From assembly GCA_040275305.1 (NCBI GenBank), contig JBEOJY010000033.1:17955-81954 (forward strand): a DNA stretch of 64,000 nucleotides, written 5' to 3'. This document shows positions 9,417 to 18,353 of the stretch, in pieces (the first letter of the stretch is position 1; every line of letters begins with the position of its first letter). The DNA is from Bdellovibrionales bacterium (lineage in GTDB: Bacteria > Pseudomonadota > Alphaproteobacteria > UBA9219). The notes beneath the pieces are model-generated. The model saw nothing but the letters and a program-made list of their open reading frames with translations, was not told the DNA's origin and did not search any database. Both the position numbers and the translations under genes were made by a program.

Positions 9417-10412
9417 TGGATGGTTTCCGTTACAGCGCAACAGCGGGCTGAGATTGAGGCTCAAAGAGGAAAGTCGGCTTCGACGCGCCGCGCAACCGTT
9501 CCGGCGCTGGAGGATGCGTTGTATGAGGCGTTTCCTGTGCTGGATCATGGCTTTGTCCGCGTTGTCGATTATATGGGCGACGACAACGCGATTGTGCAGG
9601 CCGCGCGCGTGTCCTATGGCATGGGCACCAAGAAGGTCAACGAGGATGCTGGCTTAATCAACTATCTTCTGCGCCATGCGCATACGACTCCGTTCGAAAT
9701 GTGCGAGATCAAATATCATGTGAAGCTGCCTATTTTCGTCGCGCGTCAATGGATTCGTCACCGCACTGCGAATGTCAACGAGTATTCGGCTCGCTATTCG
9801 ATCCTTGATAAGGAGTTCTATCTTCCTCCGGTTCAGCAAATCGCGGCGCAATCGACAGTCAATAATCAAGGGCGCGGAAAAGCGTTGGGGGCGGAAGATT
9901 CTGCGCGGGTGCTTGATCTGTTACGCGAGGATGCCGAGCGGTGTTATAGCAGCTATAAAGAGTTGCTGAACGAAAACGAAAACGGGGAAGCTTTGGATTC
10001 TAATCGTTCAGGTTTGGCGCGCGAACTGGCACGAATGGATTTGACGCTGAATTATTATACACAGTGGTACTGGAAAATTGATCTCCATAATTTGATGCAT
10101 TTCTTGCGGCTACGGGCTGATTCGCATGCGCAGTATGAGATTCGCGTCTATGCGGAAAAGATGCTCGATTTGATGAAGCTATGGGTGCCCCTGACTTATG
10201 AGGCGTTCAAGGCATATAAGCTTGGCGCGGCAACGATTTCCGCCCAAGGCATGGGTATTGTTCGCGCATTACTTAATGGAGAGGCGGTATCGCACGAAGC
10301 TAGCGGTATGTCTAAGCGTGAGTGGATGGAATTGATGGTTCTTCTTGGGCGTTCTCCCGACGGGACTAGTTTAGGCGATAACCAAGGGTCTACATTAAGG
10401 AAAATAGCATGA
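9417..10412 (+). CDS. thyX: FAD-dependent thymidylate synthase ThyX
   Basis: Carries the [15 protein letters not shown] (RHRxxSxNExSxRY) ThyX motif. A GGAG ribosome-binding site lies before the ATG at 9417. The ORF could extend to 9384. Confidence 0.8.
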   Translation, partial: WMVSVTAQQRAEIEAQRGKSASTRRATVPALEDALYEAFPVLDHGFVRVVDYMGDDNAIVQAARVSYGMGTKKVNEDAGLINYLLRHAHTTPFEMCEIKYHVKLPIFVARQWIRHRTANVNEYSARYSILDKEFYLPPVQQIAAQSTVNNQGRGKALGAEDSARVLDLLREDAERCYSSYKELLNENENGEALDSNRSGLARELARMDLTLNYYTQWYWKIDLHNLMHFLRLRADSHAQYEIRVYAEKMLDLMKLWVPLTYEAFKAYKLGAATISAQGMGIVRALLNGEAVSHEASGMSKREWMELMVLLGRSPDGTSLGDNQGSTLRKIA

Positions 10413-11302
10413 CCGAGACGAAAACTGAAAGCAGGTTCGAACTCAACGCCCAACTCGCGCAGATGCTCAAGGGCGGCGTTATCATGGACGTGACGAATGT
10501 CGAGCAGGCGCGGATCGCTCAGGAAGCCGGGGCGGTCGCGGTGATGGCGTTGGAGCGCGTGCCATCGGATATTCGCAAGGATGGTGGCGTGGCTCGCATG
10601 TCCGATCCCTCGATGATAAAGGCGATCAAGCAGGCGGTTACTATTCCTGTGATGGCCAAGGCGCGGATCGGACATTTCGTCGAGGCGCAAATTCTTCAAG
10701 CGCTCAAGATCGATTATATCGACGAGAGCGAAGTCCTGACTCCGGCGGATGAGGAGTGCCATATTGATAAAGCGATCTTCTCCATTCCTTTCGTGTGTGG
10801 CGCGCGTAACCTTGGCGAGGCGGTGCGTCGCATCGCAGAAGGCGCGGCGATGATACGCACGAAAGGCGAGGCAGGCACGGGGAATGTCGTGGAGGCGGTT
10901 CGCCATATGCGCACGATGAATCGCGAGATTCGCCAGTTGACCGGGTTGCCAAAGGAAGAAGTCATTACATTTGCTAAGAATAATGGCGTGCCATACGAGC
11001 TTGCTTTGCAGATTCAGAAACTTGGACGTTTGCCTGTGGTGAATTTCGCAGCGGGGGGCATCGCGACTCCGGCAGATGCGGCGTTGATGATGCAGCTGGG
11101 TTGCGACGGCGTGTTCGTTGGGTCGGGCATTTTCAAATCTTCCGATCCGGCGCGGCGGGCGCGGGCTATCGTCAAGGCCGTCGCTTATTTTAATGATTCG
11201 CAAAAGTTGCTCGAAGCTTCAATGGATCTGGGGGGCGCTATGCAGGGGATCGAGATCGGCAAGATCGCGCCCCATGAACGGCTGGCTGGACGCGGATGGT
11301 AG
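10409..11302 (+). CDS. pdxS: Pyridoxal 5'-phosphate synthase lyase subunit PdxS
   Basis: [49 protein letters not shown] is canonical Pdx1/PdxS. An AAGGA Shine-Dalgarno lies 8 nt upstream. Confidence 0.9.
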   Translation: MTETKTESRFELNAQLAQMLKGGVIMDVTNVEQARIAQEAGAVAVMALERVPSDIRKDGGVARMSDPSMIKAIKQAVTIPVMAKARIGHFVEAQILQALKIDYIDESEVLTPADEECHIDKAIFSIPFVCGARNLGEAVRRIAEGAAMIRTKGEAGTGNVVEAVRHMRTMNREIRQLTGLPKEEVITFAKNNGVPYELALQIQKLGRLPVVNFAAGGIATPADAALMMQLGCDGVFVGSGIFKSSDPARRARAIVKAVAYFNDSQKLLEASMDLGGAMQGIEIGKIAPHERLAGRGW

Positions 11303-11952
11303 CTGGAAACCTTCCGGTTATCGGCGTATTGGATCTTCAGGGCGGGACGCAAGAGCATCTTGAGCATTTGGGGCATATTTCTGGGTGTGTGGCCAAACCC
11401 GTCAAAGCTCCGGATGAACTTCAGGCGCTTAGCGGTCTGATTCTTCCCGGAGGAGAAAGCACGTGTTTATCGCGCTTGTTTAAGCTCTTTGGGTTGCATG
11501 AGGCGATTAAACGCGAGCATTCGCGGGGCATGAAGGTGTGGGGGACTTGCGCGGGGGCTATTCTTATCGCGCGGGAAATCATAGACGAGCAACCACATCT
11601 AGCCTTGATGGATATTGCGGTTCATCGCAATGCCTTTGGCAGCCAAATGGACAGCTTTAACTTGACTGCGAACATTCCTGAGGTCTCCGGGGAGCCGATT
11701 CCCCTGACTTTTATTCGGGCTCCAAAAATTGTCAGGGTTGGGCCGGGCGTGAAGATTCTGCTTCGGCATGAAGATTTTATAGCAGCGGCGGAAGATGATC
11801 GTTGCCTTGCGACGGCGTTTCATCCGGAACTTACGTCGGGTTTGGCGTTTCATCGCTATTTCGCGCATAAATGCGGTGTCAGCAGCGAGTTACATAGCGA
11901 TCAGATAGAAGGATGGACAGCGCGTAGCTGGATGCAGGTTGCAAGGGCGTAA
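11296..11952 (+). CDS. pdxT: Pyridoxal 5'-phosphate synthase glutaminase subunit PdxT
   Basis: [20 protein letters not shown]...[10 protein letters not shown] is class-I glutamine amidotransferase of the PdxT type. The start overlaps the pdxS stop. Confidence 0.85.
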   Translation: MVAGNLPVIGVLDLQGGTQEHLEHLGHISGCVAKPVKAPDELQALSGLILPGGESTCLSRLFKLFGLHEAIKREHSRGMKVWGTCAGAILIAREIIDEQPHLALMDIAVHRNAFGSQMDSFNLTANIPEVSGEPIPLTFIRAPKIVRVGPGVKILLRHEDFIAAAEDDRCLATAFHPELTSGLAFHRYFAHKCGVSSELHSDQIEGWTARSWMQVARA

Positions 11953-11970
11953 AGTAGCAGATGTTCTGCA

Positions 11971-12054
11971 AGAGCCCGCTCATGATCTCGCTGCGCTCCG
12001 GTTCTCGAAAAACGTTGAAAATCCTGCGTCGCAGCGAGATCATGAACGGGATCT
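11971..12054. repeat. Palindromic REP/MITE-like element, family D, copy 1
   Basis: Has 21-bp terminal inverted repeats CCCGCTCATGATCTCGCTGCG / CGCAGCGAGATCATGAACGGG. The core CTGCGCTCCGGTTCTCGAAAAACGTTGAAAATCCTG is shared with copy 2 at 15542-15687. Confidence 0.6.
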
Positions 12055-12139
12055 AAGGGGCTTGTGAATTTGGCATGGGATGTGCATTGCGTGAGTGTCT
12101 CTAAGTCGAGACGCTAGAAATCCTTTGTGGAATTCCGCG

Positions 12140-12886
12140 ATGTATACGTCAAATCTTGTTCTTCTTTCCAATCAGCTGGCGCTTTCGCGCTCGATGGATG
12201 TCGTTGCGAACAACGTCGCGAATGCCAACACGAGCGGGTTCAAGCGCGAAGGCATCGAATTTGATACGTTGGTAAATAGGACTTCGCCACAGCGTACGAT
12301 CAACTTTGTTTTTGATCGCGCGACATATCGCGATGCTTCGACTGGCCCGATTGAGGCGACACACAATCCGCTTGACCTTGCTATACAGGGATCGGGATAT
12401 TTTCAGGTTCAGACGCCTGATGGGTCTACTCGCTATACCCGCGCCGGGAGCTTTACGCTTAATAGCAGTGGCGAGCTTACGACGCAGGCGGGGTACCCGG
12501 TTTTGGGCGACGGTGGACAGCCTGTCACAATTCCTGAATCAGCCTCGCAGATCAATGTTTCCGGAGACGGCTTTATCACGGCGCGGGTCGGGAGCGAAGC
12601 CGCGCTTGCTCAGCTTGGTAAGATAGGCGTTGTCAATTTTGCGAATGAAGCTGGGTTGGAGGCTATTGGGAACGGGCTGTATGCAGCTTCCGAGGCTCCT
12701 CAGCCGTCAGCAAGCGGTTCCATCGTTCAGGGCGCTCTTGAGCAATCAAATGTGCAGCCCGTTACTGAAATTACCAACATGATCAAGATTATGCGGGCTT
12801 ACGAGCAGTCCGCCAGTCTCATTGGCCAAAGCAATACGCTGCAAAAAGAAGCCATTGCTAGGCTTTCGAAAACTTCGCTCAGTTAA
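12140..12886 (+). CDS. flgF: Flagellar basal-body rod protein FlgF
   Basis: Has the rod-protein N-terminus MYTSNLVLLSNQLALSRSMDVVANNVANANTSGFKR and the C-terminal rod domain. The ORF is open from the GTG at 12095, and MYTS matches the rod-family N-terminus. Confidence 0.8.
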   Translation: MYTSNLVLLSNQLALSRSMDVVANNVANANTSGFKREGIEFDTLVNRTSPQRTINFVFDRATYRDASTGPIEATHNPLDLAIQGSGYFQVQTPDGSTRYTRAGSFTLNSSGELTTQAGYPVLGDGGQPVTIPESASQINVSGDGFITARVGSEAALAQLGKIGVVNFANEAGLEAIGNGLYAASEAPQPSASGSIVQGALEQSNVQPVTEITNMIKIMRAYEQSASLIGQSNTLQKEAIARLSKTSLS

Positions 12887-12914
12887 CCATCCTTGAACAA
12901 TTGGGGACGCAGTC

Positions 12915-13706
12915 ATGATGAGAGCACTTAACATCGGCGCATCGGGCATGGAAGCCCAGCAGCTCAATGTTGAAGTCATCGCGAATAATATCGCGAATCT
13001 GTCGACGACAGGCTTCAAGCGCTCGCGCACGGAGTTTCAAGATTTGCTTTACCAGAATATGCGCAGCGTCGGTTCGGCTTCGTCCGACACGGGAACTATT
13101 TTGCCTTCTGGGTTACAGGTCGGCCTTGGCGTCAGGCCTGCGGCGACTTACAGGATTAATGGGCAAGGCAATCTTACGGTCACCAGCAATCCGCTTGATA
13201 TCGCTGTCAACGGGCTTGGTTACTTTCAGGTGCAGTTGCCTGACGGCACGACGGCGTACACGCGCGATGGCGCGTTTCAGCTTAACGCAAGCGGACAGAT
13301 GGTTTCCGCCGATGGTTACACAGTTCTGCCTAATGTTACAGTTCCGACTACTGCGACTGCCGTCACGATTAACGCGAGCGGGCAGGTATTAGCGACAATA
13401 TCGGGACAGTCTTCGCAGCAAACTTTGGGGCAGTTGCAACTCGCTAATTTTGTAAATCCGGCGGGGCTGGAGGCCATTGGCAATAACTTGCTTAAGGAAA
13501 CTCAAGCTTCGGGTTCCCCCACGACGGGCAATCCGCAAAGCTCCAGTTTTGGCAGCATTGTTCAAGGGTCTTTGGAAACGTCAAATGTGGATGTGGTTTC
13601 AGAAGTAACGAACTTGATTACGGCTCAGCGCGCGTATGAAATGAATTCCAAAGTTATCAGCACGTCGGATCAGATGTTAAGCACGACCAATCAAATGAAA
13701 TCGTAA
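12915..13706 (+). CDS. flgG: Flagellar basal-body rod protein FlgG
   Basis: MMRALNIGASGMEAQQLNVEVIANNIANLSTTGFKRSRTEFQDLLYQ is the classic FlgG sequence. The protein is 263 aa. Confidence 0.9.
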   Translation: MMRALNIGASGMEAQQLNVEVIANNIANLSTTGFKRSRTEFQDLLYQNMRSVGSASSDTGTILPSGLQVGLGVRPAATYRINGQGNLTVTSNPLDIAVNGLGYFQVQLPDGTTAYTRDGAFQLNASGQMVSADGYTVLPNVTVPTTATAVTINASGQVLATISGQSSQQTLGQLQLANFVNPAGLEAIGNNLLKETQASGSPTTGNPQSSSFGSIVQGSLETSNVDVVSEVTNLITAQRAYEMNSKVISTSDQMLSTTNQMKS

Positions 13707-13715
13707 GGTGATGCC

Positions 13716-14750
13716 ATGAAGTTGCGCATTTTTTCCCCCTTACAGACCGACAGCCAGACTGCTTTCGTTAGTATGTGGCGACTGGCGCTCATAGCGTGGA
13801 TGGTGTTTGCGGCTAGTGTGGGATCCCCTACGCCATGCGGGGCCGTGCAAAGCGTCACATTGAGGCAGGATGTCGAGTTGAAACGCGCGACAGTGCGTTT
13901 GTCTGATTTGTTCAACGGCGTGCCATCTGGGATCGACCGTGAAATCGCGCAGTCTCCCGCTCCATGCCAGAGCGCGGCGTACGATTCGGTTGTGTTGGGG
14001 CGGCTTGCAAAAGCCTATCGTTTGGATTGGCAGGTTCGGGATGGCGCGGCGGATCGTCTCACTGTCAGTTCAGCCTGCGTTCGCATTACCGCCGATTCTA
14101 TTCGTCAGGCTGTTGTCCGTAAGCTCAAAGACAGCGGCACGCGCGGCGAAATAGAATTGGCATTTGACCGTAACAATATCGAAGTCGCACTGCCTGTAGA
14201 ATCCTCAAATCAATTTGATCTGGCAAATTTTTCCTATGACGCGATTAGCAAAAGATTTTCTGGCGAGATTGCTCCTGTCGGGGGAAGCGTTTCGCGTGGT
14301 CGCTATATGATTTCCGGGCGCGTGACAATCAAGCAATTGGTTCCTGTTTTGGCGAGAAGGCTTGAGACAGGCTCAATGGTTGGCATAAAGGATCTTGATT
14401 TGATCGAAGTTGCCGAGGAGCGTATTTCCGGCGCTATCCTGACTGAAGCGGAAAAGATTGTCGGGCAAGAACTGTGTCGCAGCTTGCCCGCAGGAGAAAT
14501 GTTGCGCGAGAACGACGTTATGGCTCCGCGCTATGTTCAGCGTGGCATGCTTGTGACTATAAAATTCGAAACGGCAAATCTTCAGCTTACGGCGCAGGGG
14601 CGCGCTTTGGCAGATGGCGGCAAAGGAGACGTTGTTCGCGTGGTTAATACGCAGACAAACCGCATGGTCGAAGGCGTTGTCGAAGGGCTGGGGGTCGTGG
14701 CGGTTCAGGCGCAGCCGCTGGCGGCGCAAAAGATGGCGGCGGTCAAATAG
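13716..14750 (+). CDS. flgA: Flagellar basal-body P-ring formation chaperone FlgA
   Basis: The C-terminal SAF domain reads RYVQRGMLVTIKFETANLQLTAQGRALADGGKGDVVRVVNTQTNRMVEGVV. The N-terminal signal peptide is WRLALIAWMVFAASVGS. An AAGGTGA Shine-Dalgarno precedes the ATG at 13716. Confidence 0.7.
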   Translation: MKLRIFSPLQTDSQTAFVSMWRLALIAWMVFAASVGSPTPCGAVQSVTLRQDVELKRATVRLSDLFNGVPSGIDREIAQSPAPCQSAAYDSVVLGRLAKAYRLDWQVRDGAADRLTVSSACVRITADSIRQAVVRKLKDSGTRGEIELAFDRNNIEVALPVESSNQFDLANFSYDAISKRFSGEIAPVGGSVSRGRYMISGRVTIKQLVPVLARRLETGSMVGIKDLDLIEVAEERISGAILTEAEKIVGQELCRSLPAGEMLRENDVMAPRYVQRGMLVTIKFETANLQLTAQGRALADGGKGDVVRVVNTQTNRMVEGVVEGLGVVAVQAQPLAAQKMAAVK

Positions 14751-14774
14751 ATTTGGCCTTTGAGGAGGCTCATC

Positions 14775-15542
14775 ATGAATTTATATTTTTTATCAACTCA
14801 TAATAATTCGAGAGTCTTGGCGCTAGTGGCATCGTTGGCGCTTTTGTCCGCATGTAACGCTTATGACAGGGTCACGGAGATTGGGAGCGCTCCGAAGCTG
14901 GCCTCGATTGACGATCCTACGCGCTCGCCCGGATATGTTCCGGTTAAAATGCCCATGCCCCCACCGTCTCTTGACGAGCGTATGCCAAATTCGTTGTGGC
15001 ATACGGGAGCGCGGGCTTTCTTTAACGATCATCGCGCGACGAAGGTTGGGGATATTTTGACGGTTGTGGTTTCGATTAACGATCAAGCGCAACTGCAGAA
15101 CGAAACAAAACGTTCCCGCGATAATTCGGATACTGCAAGCGCTTCTAGTTTGCTCGGTTTCGAATCGCGTTTGAAGAACTGGTTTCCCAAAGAGATCAAT
15201 CCAGGGAGCTTGCTAGATACTGGCAGCACGACAAGCAATGAAGGAAAAGGATCAATCGCGCGTCAGGAGCAGATTGATTTACGTGTCGCGGCGACGATTG
15301 TGCAGGTCTTGCCCAACAACAATTTCGTTATTCAGGGCAAGCAGCAAATATCGGTCAATTTCGACATGAGGGAGTTGAGAATTCGGGGGGTTATCAGACC
15401 GCAGGACGTAGCTTCTGATAATACCATCAATTACGATAAAATTGCCGAGGCGCGTATTGAGTACGGTGGGCGCGGCACAATTACGGATGTTCAGCAACCG
15501 CGCTATGGATCGCAGTTGTTCGATATTTTGATGCCGTTCTAA
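14775..15542 (+). CDS. flgH: Flagellar L-ring lipoprotein FlgH
   Basis: Has a lipobox (LALLSAC) and FlgH-like sequence through to the C-terminal FDILMPF. A GAGGAGG Shine-Dalgarno precedes the ATG at 14775. Confidence 0.85.
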   Translation: MNLYFLSTHNNSRVLALVASLALLSACNAYDRVTEIGSAPKLASIDDPTRSPGYVPVKMPMPPPSLDERMPNSLWHTGARAFFNDHRATKVGDILTVVVSINDQAQLQNETKRSRDNSDTASASSLLGFESRLKNWFPKEINPGSLLDTGSTTSNEGKGSIARQEQIDLRVAATIVQVLPNNNFVIQGKQQISVNFDMRELRIRGVIRPQDVASDNTINYDKIAEARIEYGGRGTITDVQQPRYGSQLFDILMPF

Positions 15543-15687
15543 GAGCCTGTTCATGATCTCTAACTGCAGCTTTGGCTTTTCAACGTTTTCTGCGCTTCCG
15601 GCGCTCACGTATGTCAAATACGCTGCGCTCCGGTTCTCGAAAAACGTTGAAAATCCTGTGCCGCAGCGAGATCATGAACAGGCTCTA
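15542..15687. repeat. Palindromic REP/MITE-like element, family D, copy 2, with a roughly 60-bp internal insertion
   Basis: Has the same terminal inverted repeats and core as 11971-12054. It lies immediately after the flgH stop. Confidence 0.6.
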
Positions 15688-15701
15688 AATGATTTTCCTC
15701 G

Positions 15702-16259
15702 CTACTTGATCTTCTGGGGTTGAGAAGCGATGTATTGTTTGGCAAAATTTCCTGCCATTTTCCTTATAACGTCGTTGATAATCTGGCCATGCGCTGATTG
15801 CGTCGATGTTACGATTGCGCCTTCGCGCCAGTAGATTATTTGTACATTTTTGGGAATTGTTATCGGCGGGATAATTAGATTGTTTTTACTTTCCGCGTTT
15901 AAAGATAACCATGACGTGCAGTCAAGACCTTGACCATTGTTTGTAAGCGCGACTTCCGGACGTAGGTTGATGCGCGGGATTTCGACGATAGACGGTGGCG
16001 CCTCATTTACATCCATAGCCGGCACATTGGCGCTGCGTAGAACGCTCAACAGAGCCTCGGTAATATCGGCGCGAGTAATACCACAGGCTTCCGCTGCCTG
16101 CGCGTTGTTGATTTGGGCGGCTTGCACGATGATTTCTTTGATGCCGTACAAGCTAGGCGCGGCGCCTTGCGCGTACCCTGGTGCAATGGTTAGGGCGTTC
16201 CACAGCAGGACAGTCAGTAGGATTAGTCCACAATTTAATCGCATGGCTATGTTGTGCAT
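15702..16259 (-). CDS. Hypothetical secreted protein (signal peptide, no recognised domain)
   Basis: The N-terminus MRLNCGLILLTVLLWNALTIAPGYAQG is signal-peptide-like. Start at 16244 or 16259. The ORF lies between the family D repeat and a MITE. Confidence 0.45.
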   Translation of the reverse strand: MHNIAMRLNCGLILLTVLLWNALTIAPGYAQGAAPSLYGIKEIIVQAAQINNAQAAEACGITRADITEALLSVLRSANVPAMDVNEAPPSIVEIPRINLRPEVALTNNGQGLDCTSWLSLNAESKNNLIIPPITIPKNVQIIYWREGAIVTSTQSAHGQIINDVIRKMAGNFAKQYIASQPQKIK

Positions 16260-16343
16260 TGTAAGCCTGTGTTCTGGTTACTTGCGGGGTGATGTGTAAC
16301 TGCCAAGTTTCGTTGGAAGCGTAAAGACGAAGGTTGAAAACAG

Positions 16344-16502
16344 CGCCGTCATTGCGAGCCCCCTCTTGGGGGCGACCTGTCCGCCATAGTTGCGTAGCAA
16401 CGACGGCGGAAGCAATCCAGAGTCGATAGGACTGTCCCTAAGCTATTCTGGATTGCCACGTCGTCGCCAGCCTTAAGGCGGGCAACTCCTCGCAATGACG
16501 GT
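16344..16502. repeat. MITE-like palindromic element, family A (GTCATTGCGAGGAG termini), copy 1
   Basis: The termini are GCCGTCATTGCGAG...CTCCTCGCAATGACGG, with internal inverted repeats ATCCAGAGTCGATAG...GCCACG. Copies 25549-25665, 28794-28913, 30672-30797 and 42804-42943 share this architecture. Confidence 0.65.
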
Positions 16503-16600
16503 CTATTTTTTTTGGCGTTGGCTTGACTCTCTTGAAGTAGGGCTTAGGGGTTACGAAGATATTATAGAATTATGCATGTTTCCGGTTTTATGCGCAATAA

Positions 16601-17359
16601 TCACTCACGGGAAGAAATTCCCAGCCAGCATCGCCAATATTGCAGCGTTGTTCGTTTGCCGTAGAACGCTGTTTGTAATAGCGCCATGACTGCAAGCATG
16701 ATCATCATCGCGAAGATGACATCGCTTAAGAAATGCGCTCCCATAGCTAGCCGCGTGTAGCCAAAGGCAAATCCTGTCGTTATGCCAGCCCAGAATATCC
16801 ATTTGCTCCATGGTCTTGGCTTACGTCCTGTGGTCTGGGAGGTTTTTTTATGGCCGGGTATCGGGGGCGCAATGACGGCGAATGCTGGTAAGGAAAAGCC
16901 AAAGGCGGCATCGCCAGCCACAAAGGAGCCGTTGGCGCGAAAGCTTGGTTGGGGGATTAGAGGAGGGGTGAAGGCCGCGTTTCCTCCGAATGTGGATACT
17001 TCCCGTGGACGCGCGCGTCCCCAGTTATCTTTGAAGAGGGCGTTGGCGACCAAGCCGGGGCCGATTAATAGCATGCATAAAAGAAATAGCCATGTCCGCG
17101 CCGGGATATTCCAAGCGCTTTTCCGGATCGCCGCAAACACCAGTATTCCGCAGAGCGCAATTCCTAAAATACGCGAGCCGGTTGTCGCGAGTTCGTGTAA
17201 AAACGACAGAACTGGATTTTCCGCAAGCGCGAAGCCAATATTTTTTTTATAAAAGAGCCCGGATGCGTATAGGTCGATTTCCGGGAAAAACTGAATGGCA
17301 ATTCCGAGAAGGCTGATTCCGAACAGTATGCTGATTAGGATAAGGGAAGAGGGTTTCAT
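16601..17359 (-). CDS. PAP2 family lipid phosphatase (PgpB/LpxE-like)
   Basis: Has the PAP2 motifs KDNWGRARP and YTRLAMGAHFLSDV. It is a polytopic membrane protein. Confidence 0.7.
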   Translation of the reverse strand: MKPSSLILISILFGISLLGIAIQFFPEIDLYASGLFYKKNIGFALAENPVLSFLHELATTGSRILGIALCGILVFAAIRKSAWNIPARTWLFLLCMLLIGPGLVANALFKDNWGRARPREVSTFGGNAAFTPPLIPQPSFRANGSFVAGDAAFGFSLPAFAVIAPPIPGHKKTSQTTGRKPRPWSKWIFWAGITTGFAFGYTRLAMGAHFLSDVIFAMMIMLAVMALLQTAFYGKRTTLQYWRCWLGISSRE

Positions 17360-17480
17360 ATGAGATTCTCTGGGCATTAGTAGAGTTGGAGGCATTTGCC
17401 CATGTTTTTGCTTTTCATGTTTTGACTATGCCGTATTATCGTTCCAGTTAGCAATGGCGTGGAGAGGCGAGTCGGTCCGA

Positions 17481-18323
17481 ATGAAAAATTACTTGGGAAA
17501 ACTTGTTGGCGGAGCGCTGGGGTTTGCGCTGGGCGGCGGGCCGCTTGGCGCGTTTCTTGGCGTTTTGGTCGGACATGCCTATGACAGCCGTCGTGATCCT
17601 TTGCCGGATTTCTGGGGCGAAGCAAATTCCCGTCGTTGGAAAGATACTTATTCAGGCAATCCGGTTGATAATCTGAACGAGGCTGCGTTTACGAAGGCAG
17701 TTGTTGTGTTGTGCGCCAAGATGGCCAAGGTGGATGGGAGCGTTACACGTTCGGAAATCGAGGCATTTAAGAAGGTCTTTAAAATCCAGAAACAGCAGGA
17801 AGATGGCATCGGAAAGCTGTTCGACGAAGCGCGGCGTAGCGCGGAGGGATTCGAGCCGTATGCTTTTCAGGTTGCGCAGCGATACCGTAATCACCCAGTC
17901 GTGCTTGAGCATATCTTGGGCGGGTTGTTTGTCATTGCTGCGGCGGATAGCGAGACGATCAGGCCTGCGGAGGCCAAGTTTTTGAGGCAAGTAGCGTATA
18001 TTTTCAATTTTACACCGGACGATTTCGTACGTCTCGCGGCGCGGTCTGGCGTATATATTCTGCCCGACTCTGGATCGGCGCAGCCGGGCGATTCGCGCAA
18101 ACATAGCGCGGATGATCAATCTTATGAAATCCTCGGCGTGAGCGAGAAGGCCAAAGACGACGAGATTAAGTCAGCCTATCGCGCGTTGGTGCAAAAATAT
18201 CACCCAGATCGCCTGATGGCAGAAGGCGTTCCGCCTGAATTTATCGCTACGGCCAACGAGAAGATGAAGCGCATCAATGTCGCTTATGAAAAAATCTGCA
18301 AGTCGCGTGGAATCAAGGTCTGA
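17481..18323 (+). CDS. djlA: Co-chaperone DjlA (N-terminal TM helix, TerB-like domain, C-terminal J domain)
   Basis: The N-terminus is [35 protein letters not shown]. The C-terminal J domain is [30 protein letters not shown]. Confidence 0.8.
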   Translation: MKNYLGKLVGGALGFALGGGPLGAFLGVLVGHAYDSRRDPLPDFWGEANSRRWKDTYSGNPVDNLNEAAFTKAVVVLCAKMAKVDGSVTRSEIEAFKKVFKIQKQQEDGIGKLFDEARRSAEGFEPYAFQVAQRYRNHPVVLEHILGGLFVIAAADSETIRPAEAKFLRQVAYIFNFTPDDFVRLAARSGVYILPDSGSAQPGDSRKHSADDQSYEILGVSEKAKDDEIKSAYRALVQKYHPDRLMAEGVPPEFIATANEKMKRINVAYEKICKSRGIKV

Positions 18324-18353
18324 CGCTTGGCTTGTTAGTTATCAGGATTAGGA

